DNA from: an uncultured Candidatus Saccharibacteria bacterium
GTDB lineage: Bacteria; Patescibacteriota; Minisyncoccia; Phycocordibacterales; CALRHW01
Direction of reading: 5' to 3'
Length of the DNA: 64,000 nt
Assembly (NCBI GenBank): GCA_964407105.1
Contig: CAYOUG010000002.1
Location: forward strand, 76,003-140,002
Below are positions 29,386-39,725 of this stretch, piece after piece. Position 1 is the stretch's first letter; every line of letters begins with the position of its first letter. The position numbers and the translations under genes were made by a program. Below the pieces are notes generated by a model. The model searched no databases. It had not been told where the DNA came from and was given only the letters and a program-made list of their open reading frames with translations.

Positions 29386-30855
29386 TTATGATTGAAGTAA
29401 TGAAATTGCCATGCGAAGTCGTGAAATGGTCTCTGTTTTTCCAAGTATTGAGGCGACAACAAAAGGGTCAGGAGACTTTTCTTTACCAGTAAGCGCAAAA
29501 CGAATTGGCCACAATACTGATCCCCTTCCCTTTTCTGTTGCGTAATCCCACAATGTGGCTTTTATTTTTTCTGAAGAATCCCAGTCTGATTCTGGTATTA
29601 TTTCTAGTTTTTTTATTGTTTCATTTAAATGTTTTGTTGTTGTGTCAAAACCTATATCATCTTTCCAAACCAGAAATTCTTTTTTGTAAGTTGGTGTAAC
29701 AAAAAAATATAACAACTCGCCCTCTTTTAACATAGTGTTTAAATCACTCCATTTTTGAACATGTTCAAGAACGATTGGGCTGATTTGTTTTATGAGTTTG
29801 TTTGTTACAACAAGCTTACTATCATAAGACGTAATCACATTACCAATCATTTCATGAAGTTTTTCTGGTGGCAGACGTTTTATCCACTCGTGGTTTAGCC
29901 AAAGAAGTTTTGTTTCATTAAATGCACCACCAGCTTTTTGAATTTTATTTAAATCAAATGCTTCAATAAGCTCATCATGGTCAAATATTTCTTGTTCGGT
30001 GCCAGGATTCCAGCCTATGAGCGCAAGAAAATTACGCATAGCTTCAGGCAAATATCCTTCGGTGCGATATTCTAAAATATCTTTTGCCCCGTCGCGTTTT
30101 CCGAGTTTTTTTGTGCGATCGTCTTTGAGAATTGGCGGAAGAGTTGCAAATATCGGTCGTTCTATTCCAAGCGCATCATAAAGACTTAAAAAACGCGGCG
30201 TACTCGAAATAAATTCATCGGCGCGCATGATATGTGTTACACCCATCAAATAATCATCAATAATATGAGCAAAATTATATGTTGGATATCCGTCGCTTTT
30301 AATAAGAACAAAATCATCAAGTGCTTCTTCGCCAGCTTCGAGATCGCCGCGCACAGCGTCATTCCATTTATAGCGTTTTATTTCTGGCACCTTGAGACGA
30401 AGTGGTTTTGTGCCGTCCCATTTTTCAAAAATTTCTGGTCTGTGGTTGCGATATAAAAATGGTCGTTTCTCTGCTTCTGCTTGTTTGCGAAAAACTTCAA
30501 GCTCAGCTTGAGTATATGGATCAGGATAAGCTAAACCCTTTTCAATAAGTTTTTGTGCGTATTCTTTGTATGTTTCAAGACGCTCTGATTGAATACAAGA
30601 GCCAAAAGGTGTTTCGGTGTCCGGACCATAATCCCAGTTTATTCCGAGCCATTTTAAGGATTCTTCAATGTGTGCAATAGAACCTTCTACCTCTCTCTCT
30701 TTGTCTGTGTCTTCGATACGTAAAATAAATGTGCCGTTATTTTTTCGCGCCCAAAGATATGCAAAAAGAGCCGTGCGTACTCCACCAATATGCAAAAAAC
30801 CAGTTGGTGATGGTGCAAATCTTGTGACTACTTTTTGTGATTTTGTTTCTGACAT
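29386..30855 (-). CDS. gltX: Glutamate--tRNA ligase
   Basis: RFAPSPTGFLHIGGVRTALF HIGH region and KLGKRDG (KMSKS-like). Confidence 0.9.
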   Translation of the reverse strand: MSETKSQKVVTRFAPSPTGFLHIGGVRTALFAYLWARKNNGTFILRIEDTDKEREVEGSIAHIEESLKWLGINWDYGPDTETPFGSCIQSERLETYKEYAQKLIEKGLAYPDPYTQAELEVFRKQAEAEKRPFLYRNHRPEIFEKWDGTKPLRLKVPEIKRYKWNDAVRGDLEAGEEALDDFVLIKSDGYPTYNFAHIIDDYLMGVTHIMRADEFISSTPRFLSLYDALGIERPIFATLPPILKDDRTKKLGKRDGAKDILEYRTEGYLPEAMRNFLALIGWNPGTEQEIFDHDELIEAFDLNKIQKAGGAFNETKLLWLNHEWIKRLPPEKLHEMIGNVITSYDSKLVVTNKLIKQISPIVLEHVQKWSDLNTMLKEGELLYFFVTPTYKKEFLVWKDDIGFDTTTKHLNETIKKLEIIPESDWDSSEKIKATLWDYATEKGRGSVLWPIRFALTGKEKSPDPFVVASILGKTETISRLRMAISLLQS

Positions 30856-30868
30856 CGTGTGTACTGTA

Positions 30869-31996
30869 TTATTGTTCGTGACTTAAGGCAATAGCTAAAA
30901 TTTCTTTTGCGATGAGTCTTGCGGAATCTGTTTTTACAAAAGATTTTGTGGCAAGACGCATTTTTTCTTTCTGATCTTCGTGATCGATAATGCGCTCTAT
31001 TTCTGACACAAGAATGTTTGAAGAAAGATTTTCTTCTTCGATAACGAGTCCTGCGCCACTACGTGCATATGCAAAAGCATTTTTGCGTTGGTGGTCGCCG
31101 TTTGAGTCGGTGATGGGTATTAAAATACTTGGTGTGCCCCACGATGCAATTTCAAAAATTACCGAGCCAGCGCGTGATACAACAAGTGAAGCGGTGCCTG
31201 CGGCCATGCGTAATGCAAGTGTATCTAGATAATCAAATGGCTTGTAGCGATCTTTGTGATGACTGTTTATGAGCATTGCGCTTGTACGACCAAGAACTTC
31301 TTTAAAATTTCTTTTCCCTGTTTGGTGAATAATTTGATATTTTTCTACAAGTCTAGGTAAAGCATCAGTAATTGCTTCGTTTATAATTTGCGAACCTAGA
31401 GAACCTCCGAGTATAAGAATAACCGGAACATCACGTTCTAGTTTGAAAAATTCATACGAACCTTCTTTTAATGGTGTGGCGATTTCTTTTCTAATCGGAT
31501 TGCCTGTAAGTATTATTTTTTCTTTTTTGAAATATTGTGATGCTTCTGGATATGAAAGTGCTATGCGTTGTGCAAATTTTCCAGCCCACATATTTACTTT
31601 ACCCGGTACAGTGTCTGATTCGTGTATAACAACAGGAATGCGCAATAGACGTGCCGCAAAAAGTGCTGGGAAACTTGCATAGCCTCCCTTTCCAAAAACA
31701 ACATCTGGGTATATTGAATATATTTGCCACATTGATTTTAAAATACCAATACCAGTTTTAAACAGGTCAAAAAAATTCATTATAGAAAAATATCGTCGAA
31801 TTTTACCGGCATAATTTTTTCGATATTCTATGTTGTTATCAAAAAGTATGCCTGCGTTGTATGGATTTGGTGAAATGTAATAAAGATTTGGTTGAATAAG
31901 TCTGTTTTCTTTGCTTAACGCGTTGATTTCTTCTGCAACAGAAATAATCGGATAAAAATGTCCACCAGATCCTCCTCCCGTAAATAATATTTTCAT
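30869..31996 (-). CDS. murG: Undecaprenyldiphospho-muramoylpentapeptide beta-N-acetylglucosaminyltransferase MurG
   Basis: MKILFTGGGSGGHFYPII N-terminus; GT28 C-terminal domain; adjacent to ftsW. Confidence 0.85.
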   Translation of the reverse strand: MKILFTGGGSGGHFYPIISVAEEINALSKENRLIQPNLYYISPNPYNAGILFDNNIEYRKNYAGKIRRYFSIMNFFDLFKTGIGILKSMWQIYSIYPDVVFGKGGYASFPALFAARLLRIPVVIHESDTVPGKVNMWAGKFAQRIALSYPEASQYFKKEKIILTGNPIRKEIATPLKEGSYEFFKLERDVPVILILGGSLGSQIINEAITDALPRLVEKYQIIHQTGKRNFKEVLGRTSAMLINSHHKDRYKPFDYLDTLALRMAAGTASLVVSRAGSVIFEIASWGTPSILIPITDSNGDHQRKNAFAYARSGAGLVIEEENLSSNILVSEIERIIDHEDQKEKMRLATKSFVKTDSARLIAKEILAIALSHEQ

Positions 31997-32014
31997 ATCT
32001 AATTTTGATTTTAT

Positions 32015-33121
32015 TTATTCAGAATCCATTTTTTGATATTTTGAAATATTTAAAAGTATTCCTACTTCTGCAAGAGTCACAAGCAAAGCGGTGCCACCAT
32101 GACTTACGAAGGGTAATGGAATTCCGGAAAGCGGAAAAACATTTAACATCGAAGCGATATTTATGAGTGCTTGCGACAAAATTAGTATAACAATTCCCAC
32201 AGCCATCAGTCCACCAAACATATCTGTTGATCGACCAGCAATTTTAAATCCCCTAAAAGCAAAAAATAAGAACATTCCAACAATAAATACGCCACCAATC
32301 ATGCCAAATTCTTCTGCGGCCACAGCAAAAATAGAATCCCCAATAGGTTCTGGAAGAAAATTAAACTTTTGAATACTTTTTCCAAACCCCCTACCAGTAA
32401 CTCCGCCCGAACCTATCGCAATAAGTGATTGTTGAATTTGATAACTTGAACCAAGTGAATCTTGGTTTGGGTTTATAAAAGTAGTTAACCTTTCCACAAG
32501 ATATGGTCGTGTCATGGCAATAGAAGCAAGACCGATACCTGCTATGAGTATTGTAAGTAAAATGTAACGCCATTTTCCACCACCCACCGAAAACATTGCA
32601 AGGCCAGCTAAAAAAATAACAAAAAAAGTATCGGTATCGGGCTGACTCAATAATAATCCACCCACAATCGCAACGGTTATAACAAAAGGTAAAAAACCAT
32701 ATGAAAAAGTTTTAATTCCTTGTTTTATATTTGTTACCCAAGCCGCCCAATATATAATAAAACCAATTTTTAAAAATTCTGAAGGTTGAAAAGAAAATGA
32801 ACCCAAAATAATCCATCTTTTTGCGCCACCATGCTCAAAACCTATTTGTGGTACAAAAACAAGCGCGGTAAGTATAAGTGAACCGACAAATAAAACTAAT
32901 GCATTTTTTTTCCAAAACTGATAATTTATTTTTGACGTAATTAAAAAAAAGATAGTACCCAAAAAAAGTCCGTAAAACGTTTGATTAAATGCAACATTTG
33001 AAAAACGTGACCCTTCGCGAGCAAGTAAGCCGAGTGATGCCGAACTAAAAATAACAAAACCACCAATAGCCAAAATAAAAATAGAAATAAGTAATGGCTT
33101 GTCTACGTGAAGTTTTTTCAT
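32015..33121 (-). CDS. ftsW: SEDS-family peptidoglycan glycosyltransferase FtsW/RodA
   Basis: 10 TM; FQPSEFLKIGFII motif; start trimmed to internal ATG (MKKLHVDKPLL). Confidence 0.8.
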   Translation of the reverse strand: MKKLHVDKPLLISIFILAIGGFVIFSSASLGLLAREGSRFSNVAFNQTFYGLFLGTIFFLITSKINYQFWKKNALVLFVGSLILTALVFVPQIGFEHGGAKRWIILGSFSFQPSEFLKIGFIIYWAAWVTNIKQGIKTFSYGFLPFVITVAIVGGLLLSQPDTDTFFVIFLAGLAMFSVGGGKWRYILLTILIAGIGLASIAMTRPYLVERLTTFINPNQDSLGSSYQIQQSLIAIGSGGVTGRGFGKSIQKFNFLPEPIGDSIFAVAAEEFGMIGGVFIVGMFLFFAFRGFKIAGRSTDMFGGLMAVGIVILILSQALINIASMLNVFPLSGIPLPFVSHGGTALLVTLAEVGILLNISKYQKMDSE

Positions 33122-33161
33122 GGTGCTAAAAAATGTGTTTATACAATTATGACATATTTTT

Positions 33162-33185
33162 TTATATGAAGAAGGGCGCGCCACG
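33162..33185. repeat. Perfect GC-only hairpin/palindrome GGGCGCGCCAC-GT-GTGGCGCGCCC
   Basis: 11-bp perfect stem of pure G/C in an AT-rich genome; lies between the GC-rich orphan gene (stop 33229) and the ftsW start. Confidence 0.6.
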
Positions 33186-33228
33186 TGTGGCGCGCCCAAG
33201 TTTTGCTGTTGGGGTTTTGATTCAGGTG

Positions 33229-33750
33229 TTAGGCGGCCACTTTTTCAGGCGGCGAAACCAACACCTGACACACAATGGTTGTTCCAGAAATAGCGACGCT
33301 ATGAATGTCTCGACATTCGTGGTCACAACCATACTCTTTTAGAAGGTCGCCAATGTGCGCGTTGCACAAACCCGACAACCAAAGAGTTTCATCGCAAACG
33401 ACATCGCTGTCGGTCGAGCAATGGGTTTCCCACGCCCAGTGACCGATATACATCAGTCGTTTGATGAGATCTGCTACTGCTTCGGTCACTTCGTAGTGAC
33501 AATCACACACCTCAAATTTGATCTTTGGGTATGCTTTGGCGATCCGTTCTTCTCGTCTGGTGCGGTAAATGATCGCTGCGTCTTCGTCGCTGTCCTCGAG
33601 TTTCTTGATTCGAGCAATTTCTAGACGCCGAATTTCTTCGGCGATGTTCTCTGTGCGTGCCCAAAGATCACCCGTTTTCCCAGCTACCCGTGCAAGGGTG
33701 GCCAGAGACATACTTTCCGTTGCCCCCTCAAACACAACCATTTCAGTCAT
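33229..33750 (-). CDS. Hypothetical Cys/His-rich protein, compositionally foreign (about 50% GC)
   Basis: 173 aa; CDCHYE...HWAWETHC...CDE...CNAH...CDHEC cluster; own TTGACT-17-TAGAAT promoter and inverted repeat in leader. Confidence 0.4.
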   Translation of the reverse strand: MTEMVVFEGATESMSLATLARVAGKTGDLWARTENIAEEIRRLEIARIKKLEDSDEDAAIIYRTRREERIAKAYPKIKFEVCDCHYEVTEAVADLIKRLMYIGHWAWETHCSTDSDVVCDETLWLSGLCNAHIGDLLKEYGCDHECRDIHSVAISGTTIVCQVLVSPPEKVAA

Positions 33751-33841
33751 GATCCACCCCTATATTCTAATGGTGCGAAATGACGTTCTGAATTAGAACA
33801 GTCTGAAAAATATTCTAGTATAAAAAAGAGACCAAGTCAAT

Positions 33842-34918
33842 TTATCCAACAAGCCCCAAAATGACACCAAGAATAGCGAAAATTACGCCAATAATCCAAA
33901 ATCGCATTGTTACTTTGTAAGCTGGCCAACCTATCGCTTCAAAATGATGATGAATGGGTGCCACAAGAAAAACTTTTTTACCATTGCGAAATTTTTTAGA
34001 AAGAAGTTGAATACTACTTGAAAGCGATGTGAGAATAAGAGGTGCCGCGATGATTGGAAGTACCAAAATACCGTATCCACCACCCAGTGTGTCAGTCATA
34101 AATGCCACCACGGTGAGTGTGACGGTGAGCCCCATACTTCCAGTTTCAGACATGTAATAGCGAGCTGGTGGAATATTAAACCACAAAAAAGCAAGAATAG
34201 AACCAACCACAAGAGCACAAAAAGCAGCGAGATTTATTTGTTGTTGGTAAAATGCGATACCTCCATACGCTCCAAAAATAATAGCCATAATGCCTCCAGC
34301 AAGTCCGTCTATTCCGTCGATAACTCCACCAGAATAAATTGCCATCATAACAACCATAAAAAATGGAATAAACAACCAGCCAAGTTCTATGGCGCCCAGG
34401 TTACCGGGTAATCCAATTGAAGACACATCAAGTTTGAAATAAAACCACAAACTACACATAAAACCAATTAAAGCTACTACAACAAGACGTTTTTTTAGAG
34501 AAAGACCGCCAGCAATATGATCGCGACTTCCTTTTATTTCCATAAAATCATCTAACAAACCCACAAGTGAACCGGTAATAAGTGTAAAAAGTGGAATCCA
34601 TGTTTGATTCCTACTCAAAAAATCAATTTTGCTTGTAAGGTCGGTTGGCATAATGCGCGCGATAAACCAAATACCGACAATTGTGACAAAAGCACTAAAC
34701 CAAATAACAATTCCCCCCATTTTTGGTGTGCCCACCTCTTTGTGTTTGTGGAGTTCGTTGAAAATCGGTGTTTCTCTGCCGTCTGGACCTATTTTTCCGG
34801 CTTTCTTTTTCCACATTTTGTGTTTATAAAGAAAATTTGTGAGAAGCGGTGTAAATGCAATACCAATTACGAAAGCTATCACAGACGGAAGAAATACTTT
34901 TACAATGTCGATAATCAT
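33842..34918 (-). CDS. mraY: Phospho-N-acetylmuramoyl-pentapeptide transferase MraY
   Basis: DGIDGLAGG motif, 10 TM. Confidence 0.85.
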   Translation of the reverse strand: MIIDIVKVFLPSVIAFVIGIAFTPLLTNFLYKHKMWKKKAGKIGPDGRETPIFNELHKHKEVGTPKMGGIVIWFSAFVTIVGIWFIARIMPTDLTSKIDFLSRNQTWIPLFTLITGSLVGLLDDFMEIKGSRDHIAGGLSLKKRLVVVALIGFMCSLWFYFKLDVSSIGLPGNLGAIELGWLFIPFFMVVMMAIYSGGVIDGIDGLAGGIMAIIFGAYGGIAFYQQQINLAAFCALVVGSILAFLWFNIPPARYYMSETGSMGLTVTLTVVAFMTDTLGGGYGILVLPIIAAPLILTSLSSSIQLLSKKFRNGKKVFLVAPIHHHFEAIGWPAYKVTMRFWIIGVIFAILGVILGLVG

Positions 34919-34919
34919 A

Positions 34920-35867
34920 TTATTGTTGATCTAAATATACCCTACTTGCATTAATAAGTGTCTCTACATCAGCAAAACGTCCTTCGGGGGTTGATCCTAA
35001 CACAGAAATTATAATTGGTCTTCCGAGTTGTGGGTCAAAAGTGATTACGAGATTGCCACCAGCAAGAGAGGTGTAGCCTGTTTTTGAGGCAATTATACCC
35101 GGTATTTTATCTACGGAATTGTTTGTGTTTTCTGCAACGTGAACAATGTTGCTGTCTGAAGTAATTTCTTTTCGACTATATCTTGTGCTGTCCATAAGGT
35201 CTGGATAATTTCGCAAAGCATATTCAAACAAAAGTGCCATTTCGTGCGCAGTACCGTATGCGCCACCAAGCGTTTCGTTTGTGTCGAGTCCGTCTTCATT
35301 TGTAAAATAAGTTTTTTTAAGACCAATTTTTTGAGCCTTTTCGTTCATTAAATTTATAAATTCTCTTCTACCCATTTCTATATCTTTTGTGCCGTTGTGC
35401 ATTGAGCCTATTACAGACGCTATAGCCCTTGAACCATCATTTGAAGAAGTTGTGAGACTAAAATCAACAAGATCTTTTAAATTCCACTGTTCATTTACAA
35501 AAAGTCCGGAGTCTCCCTCTTCTTCTAAAAATTCTTTTTGAATTGCAATAGACGTGTAAGATGGTTCAAGTTCTACTGCGGTCACGGCCATCATTACTTT
35601 GGTGAGTGAAGCTAGTGGCAAAACCATATCGTCTTTTTGTCCAAATAACATTTTTTGTTCTTTTACGTCCCACACAAAAGCGGCAGTAGCACTTAATTTT
35701 ATATCTAAAAATGGGTCAACGTATTTTTTTGTTGCTATTGAATGTTTTATTGTATCTGTTTTTATATTTCGCATTGAACCGAAATATAGAATAAAAAGTA
35801 TCAGTATCAATATAAGTGATATTATTGGCACTATGATTTTTTGAAATGTATTAGTTTGCTCCATCAC
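34920..35867 (-). CDS. dacA: Serine-type D-Ala-D-Ala carboxypeptidase (S11, PBP5/DacA-like)
   Basis: SxxK (ASLTK), SxN (SSND), KTG (KTGYT) motifs; signal anchor. Confidence 0.75.
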   Translation of the reverse strand: MMEQTNTFQKIIVPIISLILILILFILYFGSMRNIKTDTIKHSIATKKYVDPFLDIKLSATAAFVWDVKEQKMLFGQKDDMVLPLASLTKVMMAVTAVELEPSYTSIAIQKEFLEEEGDSGLFVNEQWNLKDLVDFSLTTSSNDGSRAIASVIGSMHNGTKDIEMGRREFINLMNEKAQKIGLKKTYFTNEDGLDTNETLGGAYGTAHEMALLFEYALRNYPDLMDSTRYSRKEITSDSNIVHVAENTNNSVDKIPGIIASKTGYTSLAGGNLVITFDPQLGRPIIISVLGSTPEGRFADVETLINASRVYLDQQ

Positions 35868-36426
35868 TTTTTGTTTCAGTATCTTTGGTTTCGATTTTGG
35901 TTTCCTCTAATTTTTTTTGCATATCAAAATATTCTGGCATTTCTGATACATTTTGTATGCCCAAGTATGATAATAACTCAAATGTCGGTTTGTAGCTAAA
36001 ACTTCGATCACCCTCTTTGCTGTCTGTTTTTTCTATTAATCCACGAATAAGAAGATTGCGAATTATAAAACTTGAATTTACTCCACGAATATGGTCAATT
36101 TCTCGTCGGGAAATGGGGCCTTTATATACAACGAGTGTGAGTACCTCAAGTCCAGCTTTTCCAAGATCTGAAATGAGTTCTTCTTTTGTGATCGTGGCAA
36201 TAATTTCACTCGCTTCTGGTGCGGTCGCAAGCATTATGTCATCATCATTTTGCATCAAACGAATACCGCGATTTTTTAAAGATTCATTTAAAATCAAAAC
36301 GGCGTCGTCTACTTCTTTTTTTGTTACACTCAAAAGTGTTGCGAGCTTTTCTGTGGATATTGGCTCGTTTTTAAAAAACAATACAGATTCTATTTGTTGT
36401 TCAAGTGACATGTTTTTATGATCCAT
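35851..36426 (-). CDS. scpB: Segregation and condensation protein B
   Basis: Tandem winged-helix; LEQQIESVLFFKNEPIS; downstream of scpA. Confidence 0.8.
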   Translation of the reverse strand: MDHKNMSLEQQIESVLFFKNEPISTEKLATLLSVTKKEVDDAVLILNESLKNRGIRLMQNDDDIMLATAPEASEIIATITKEELISDLGKAGLEVLTLVVYKGPISRREIDHIRGVNSSFIIRNLLIRGLIEKTDSKEGDRSFSYKPTFELLSYLGIQNVSEMPEYFDMQKKLEETKIETKDTETKSDGAN

Positions 36427-37189
36427 ACGAAGGAAGGGATATCTCGCTTGTTTCTAGGTGAATATCGCCTTTTCCGCTTTCTTGATGAGCACTAATAATA
36501 CCCTGTTTTACCAATTCAAGCATTGCTAAAAACCCGACAATCACGTGTACTCTATCTTCTCTTGAAATTGCTTTTTTCCCTCCAGAAAAATCTGAAAAAC
36601 TCATTTTAAGTCCAGCTTTTATTCTGGTTGTAAGGCGTTCGATCATTTCTTCCATACTTATTACTTTTTGAACAATCGCTTTCGGTACATTTTCAATTTT
36701 TGGAAGATTGTTCAAAACTTCTCGCAGTGCAGAAAGTAAATTTGGGAGTGTGATATGTTTTTCTGGCGAAAAAACAGGATTTATATATTTTGGTGGATTT
36801 TTTGCAAACATCATATTTTTTCCAAAACGTGATTTTAAATGAACACCCAATTCTTTTATACGTTTATATTCTTTTAATCTATCTTCAAGATCATCTATAC
36901 TCTGTTCTTCTTCTTCAGTAAGATTTATTCCGGGCAAAAGAGATTTCGATTTTATCAAAAGCAGTGTTGATGCTACTAAAATAAAGTGTGCTCTGTTGCC
37001 AAGAGAAATTTCTGTAGAGTTTTGTATAAAAGCAATATAATCATCTGTCACTTTTGAAAGTGAGATGTCGTTTATAAAAAGCTTTCTTTTTTCGATTAGA
37101 CCAAGAAGCAGATCAAGCGGGCCCTCAAATACTTCCGTTTTTACATTCCACATGGTAATAACAATATGGTATTTAGAAAGGCAATTCAA
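36416..37189 (-). CDS. scpA: Segregation and condensation protein A
   Basis: FEGPLDLLLGLIEKRKLFINDISL N-terminal kleisin motif. Confidence 0.8.
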   Translation of the reverse strand: MNCLSKYHIVITMWNVKTEVFEGPLDLLLGLIEKRKLFINDISLSKVTDDYIAFIQNSTEISLGNRAHFILVASTLLLIKSKSLLPGINLTEEEEQSIDDLEDRLKEYKRIKELGVHLKSRFGKNMMFAKNPPKYINPVFSPEKHITLPNLLSALREVLNNLPKIENVPKAIVQKVISMEEMIERLTTRIKAGLKMSFSDFSGGKKAISREDRVHVIVGFLAMLELVKQGIISAHQESGKGDIHLETSEISLPSYGS

Positions 37190-38519
37190 GATAAAAATCT
37201 GAACCCTTATTTTCTACAGAAGAAAAGTTTACGCTACCATCGTGGGCTTTCATGATCATTTTTACAAGATACAAACCAATACCAGTCCCCTCTGTATTTT
37301 TTGCATTTTTGGCTCTGTAAAAATTACTAAATAAATGACTTTGTTCTGTTTTTGGTACGCCGATTCCACTATCTACAACATGTATTGTGTATTTATGTGA
37401 AGATATTTGGGTGTGTATTTTTACTGTGCCACCAGAGTGAGAATATTTAACTGCATTACTTATAAGATTATCAAGTGCAAGATATATACGATCTTTGTCT
37501 ATATAAAGTTGACGTTCTGCAGAGGTTGATAAATCAACAACAATCGAGATGTTTTTTTTGTCTGCTTCTGGTTTGTTATCTTCCGCAACTTTTTTAATCA
37601 GTGTCGAGATTTGAGTGTATTCTTTTGTGATGAATATTTTTCCGTCACGTTCTATGCGAGACATATCAAGAAAATCTCGCATCAACGCTAACATTTTTTT
37701 GTTAAGCTCTTTAATTTTTTGTATCAAAGATCTTTGTTCTACTGAAAGGGTTGTATTTGAATTCATAAGTTCGTCTGTTGCCCAACCAATACCAGAGAGT
37801 GGTGTTCGAAGTTGGTGGGAAGCAAAATACACAAATTGTTTTATCAGTTCATTGTATCGGGTGAGTCTTTCAATAAACATTGCGGTGCGCAGTCTGTTTA
37901 TGAAAAAAATAACGAGAAGAATAATTGAGAATAGAATAATAACGATTGGTATTATTTCTGCAGACCACACCTCTCTTTTCCACTCTTGTGAATTTATATC
38001 AATACCTATCACTGCGATTGTTGCTCCGGTTTTAAAATCATAAATCGGTGCTGTGGCACTTACCCAATTTCCCCACGAGTCTGTATAGGGCCCCTCTATA
38101 AATGGGGTTTTATTAAAAAACACAGCGATTTGTTCTGGGGTTGCGTCTGTGTAAACATCTCCAGGTGCAGAATAATCCTCTGACCCTTCGGGTTCTGAAT
38201 CAACGTAAAAAAACATTTGGTTATTTTCATAACCCATAAGATACACAAAGCGAGCTGCTGGATCAGCTTTTTTTATTTCCCGCATTTTTTCTTTGAGCTC
38301 TTTGTACGATGGATTATTTAAATCCTCTGGTGTTCCGTGTAAATTTAAAATAGTTTGTGAATCAAGTGAACGCGAAACCATTTCTGTTTTTACAGAAAAA
38401 GCTTTTCGTAGGCGAGCGTCTTCAAATTTACCTACATAAAAAGCACTCAATATACCCACAAGAATTAGCGCGCCAAGAAGAGTAATAAAAATACCTATAT
38501 ATGTTTTGGTGTTACGCAT
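37173..38519 (-). CDS. Sensor histidine kinase with extracytoplasmic sensor domain
   Basis: Two TM segments flank a periplasmic domain; H-box FASHQLRTPL; N, G1 and G2 boxes (GTGIGLYLVK). Confidence 0.8.
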   Translation of the reverse strand: MRNTKTYIGIFITLLGALILVGILSAFYVGKFEDARLRKAFSVKTEMVSRSLDSQTILNLHGTPEDLNNPSYKELKEKMREIKKADPAARFVYLMGYENNQMFFYVDSEPEGSEDYSAPGDVYTDATPEQIAVFFNKTPFIEGPYTDSWGNWVSATAPIYDFKTGATIAVIGIDINSQEWKREVWSAEIIPIVIILFSIILLVIFFINRLRTAMFIERLTRYNELIKQFVYFASHQLRTPLSGIGWATDELMNSNTTLSVEQRSLIQKIKELNKKMLALMRDFLDMSRIERDGKIFITKEYTQISTLIKKVAEDNKPEADKKNISIVVDLSTSAERQLYIDKDRIYLALDNLISNAVKYSHSGGTVKIHTQISSHKYTIHVVDSGIGVPKTEQSHLFSNFYRAKNAKNTEGTGIGLYLVKMIMKAHDGSVNFSSVENKGSDFYLELPF

Positions 38520-38552
38520 TTCCTTACATTCTATCTTTTTTAATAAGGGAAT

Positions 38553-39149
38553 TCAAATGACTTTATGTTGTTTTTTCCTCTTAATAAAAAATGTCATTAT
38601 CGTATTTGTACAAATCATCGATACAGAATGAATTGTGGTGGCGATGTTGTATGACTGTAAAGAAAAAAGTGTGAGTATGTGGCGCGCGACATTCATTTCA
38701 TACAAAAGCGGTTGTTCTGTTTTTGGTTGCGACCACGTTTTTCGTAGGGTGGGTATAAAAGCTACGATGTCTATGAGTACCACGATGACGACAGATATTG
38801 TGGGATCTTTTGTAAGCGCCCAAGGGATGAGCCCGAGAAGTGCTATTGCGAGGAAATAGTGGTCTATGGTGCGTATCTGGGCGCGTATATGCTCAGATTT
38901 TCCCATAAAAAGATATTTAAGCGAAAAAAGAAAAATAATAATGGTAAACGCTTCGGCTACGCCGGTGGGCAGTGCGCCTATCCCCGCCCCCTTTGCAAGT
39001 CCACCAAAAAAAGTGGTCATGGAAACGATAGACCATATAAACCACGTGTATGGATGCGGATGCACGACCCCTTTCGCTACGTCTTTGAGATACGAGATGT
39101 TGCCGACAAATGCTAGGACCGCAGCGATGATGGCGAGGAGTTCTTTCAT
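38553..39149 (-). CDS. Hypothetical polytopic membrane protein (GC-elevated 5' half)
   Basis: About 6 TM in 198 aa; no motif recognised. Confidence 0.35.
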   Translation of the reverse strand: MKELLAIIAAVLAFVGNISYLKDVAKGVVHPHPYTWFIWSIVSMTTFFGGLAKGAGIGALPTGVAEAFTIIIFLFSLKYLFMGKSEHIRAQIRTIDHYFLAIALLGLIPWALTKDPTISVVIVVLIDIVAFIPTLRKTWSQPKTEQPLLYEMNVARHILTLFSLQSYNIATTIHSVSMICTNTIMTFFIKRKKQHKVI

Positions 39150-39170
39150 AAAGCAATGATAGCAAATTTA

Positions 39171-39725
39171 TTAATTATCAACCTTTCGTTCTATTTTGAA
39201 TGGTAACGAGTTTACAAGTTTTTCGCCGTTTGAGCTGTAGATCCAACTAAATAGTTTGATATCCGGATTATTCTTCCTGAATTTTTCTACAGTTTCGATA
39301 ATCAGTTCTTTGGCGATTCCTTTTCTACGGAATTCGGGAATTGTAAATGACATGCAAAGATATAACGCCCCATATGTTTGTGCAGGAATCGTCTGTTCAA
39401 ACATCTCTCGTTCAGTGATTTCTTTTCTTATAAATTTTTCCTTAAGCTCTAGGGTGGTTGGAATACTTATCATCCAAGAAACGGGGTTATTATTGTTATC
39501 GAGCGCGGTGTTAAAACAATATGGAGAAAGTTGTCTCATTTTCTCTCGCGATGTTTCTGATACTGGTATTTGTTCAGGATCTATTGCTGTACCAAAAAAC
39601 TGCTCAGTAATAGTTGCAATCTTTTCAATCGCAGGCATTTCAAATGTAGAATGTAGACCGAGTGATTTGAGTTGGTTCATAGAATGAATAGTAGCAAAAT
39701 TAAAACCCCCTCTCATCCCCCTCAT
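39171..39725 (-). CDS. GNAT family N-acetyltransferase
   Basis: Motif A-like RRKGIAKELI; about 180 aa. Confidence 0.55.
   Translation of the reverse strand: MRGMRGGFNFATIHSMNQLKSLGLHSTFEMPAIEKIATITEQFFGTAIDPEQIPVSETSREKMRQLSPYCFNTALDNNNNPVSWMISIPTTLELKEKFIRKEITEREMFEQTIPAQTYGALYLCMSFTIPEFRRKGIAKELIIETVEKFRKNNPDIKLFSWIYSSNGEKLVNSLPFKIERKVDN

Noticed and set aside
33133-33342. 69-aa plus-strand ORF spanning the GC hairpin
   Set aside because: It overlaps the ftsW start and the orphan gene on the opposite strand and has no RBS. It is an artefact of the GC palindrome.
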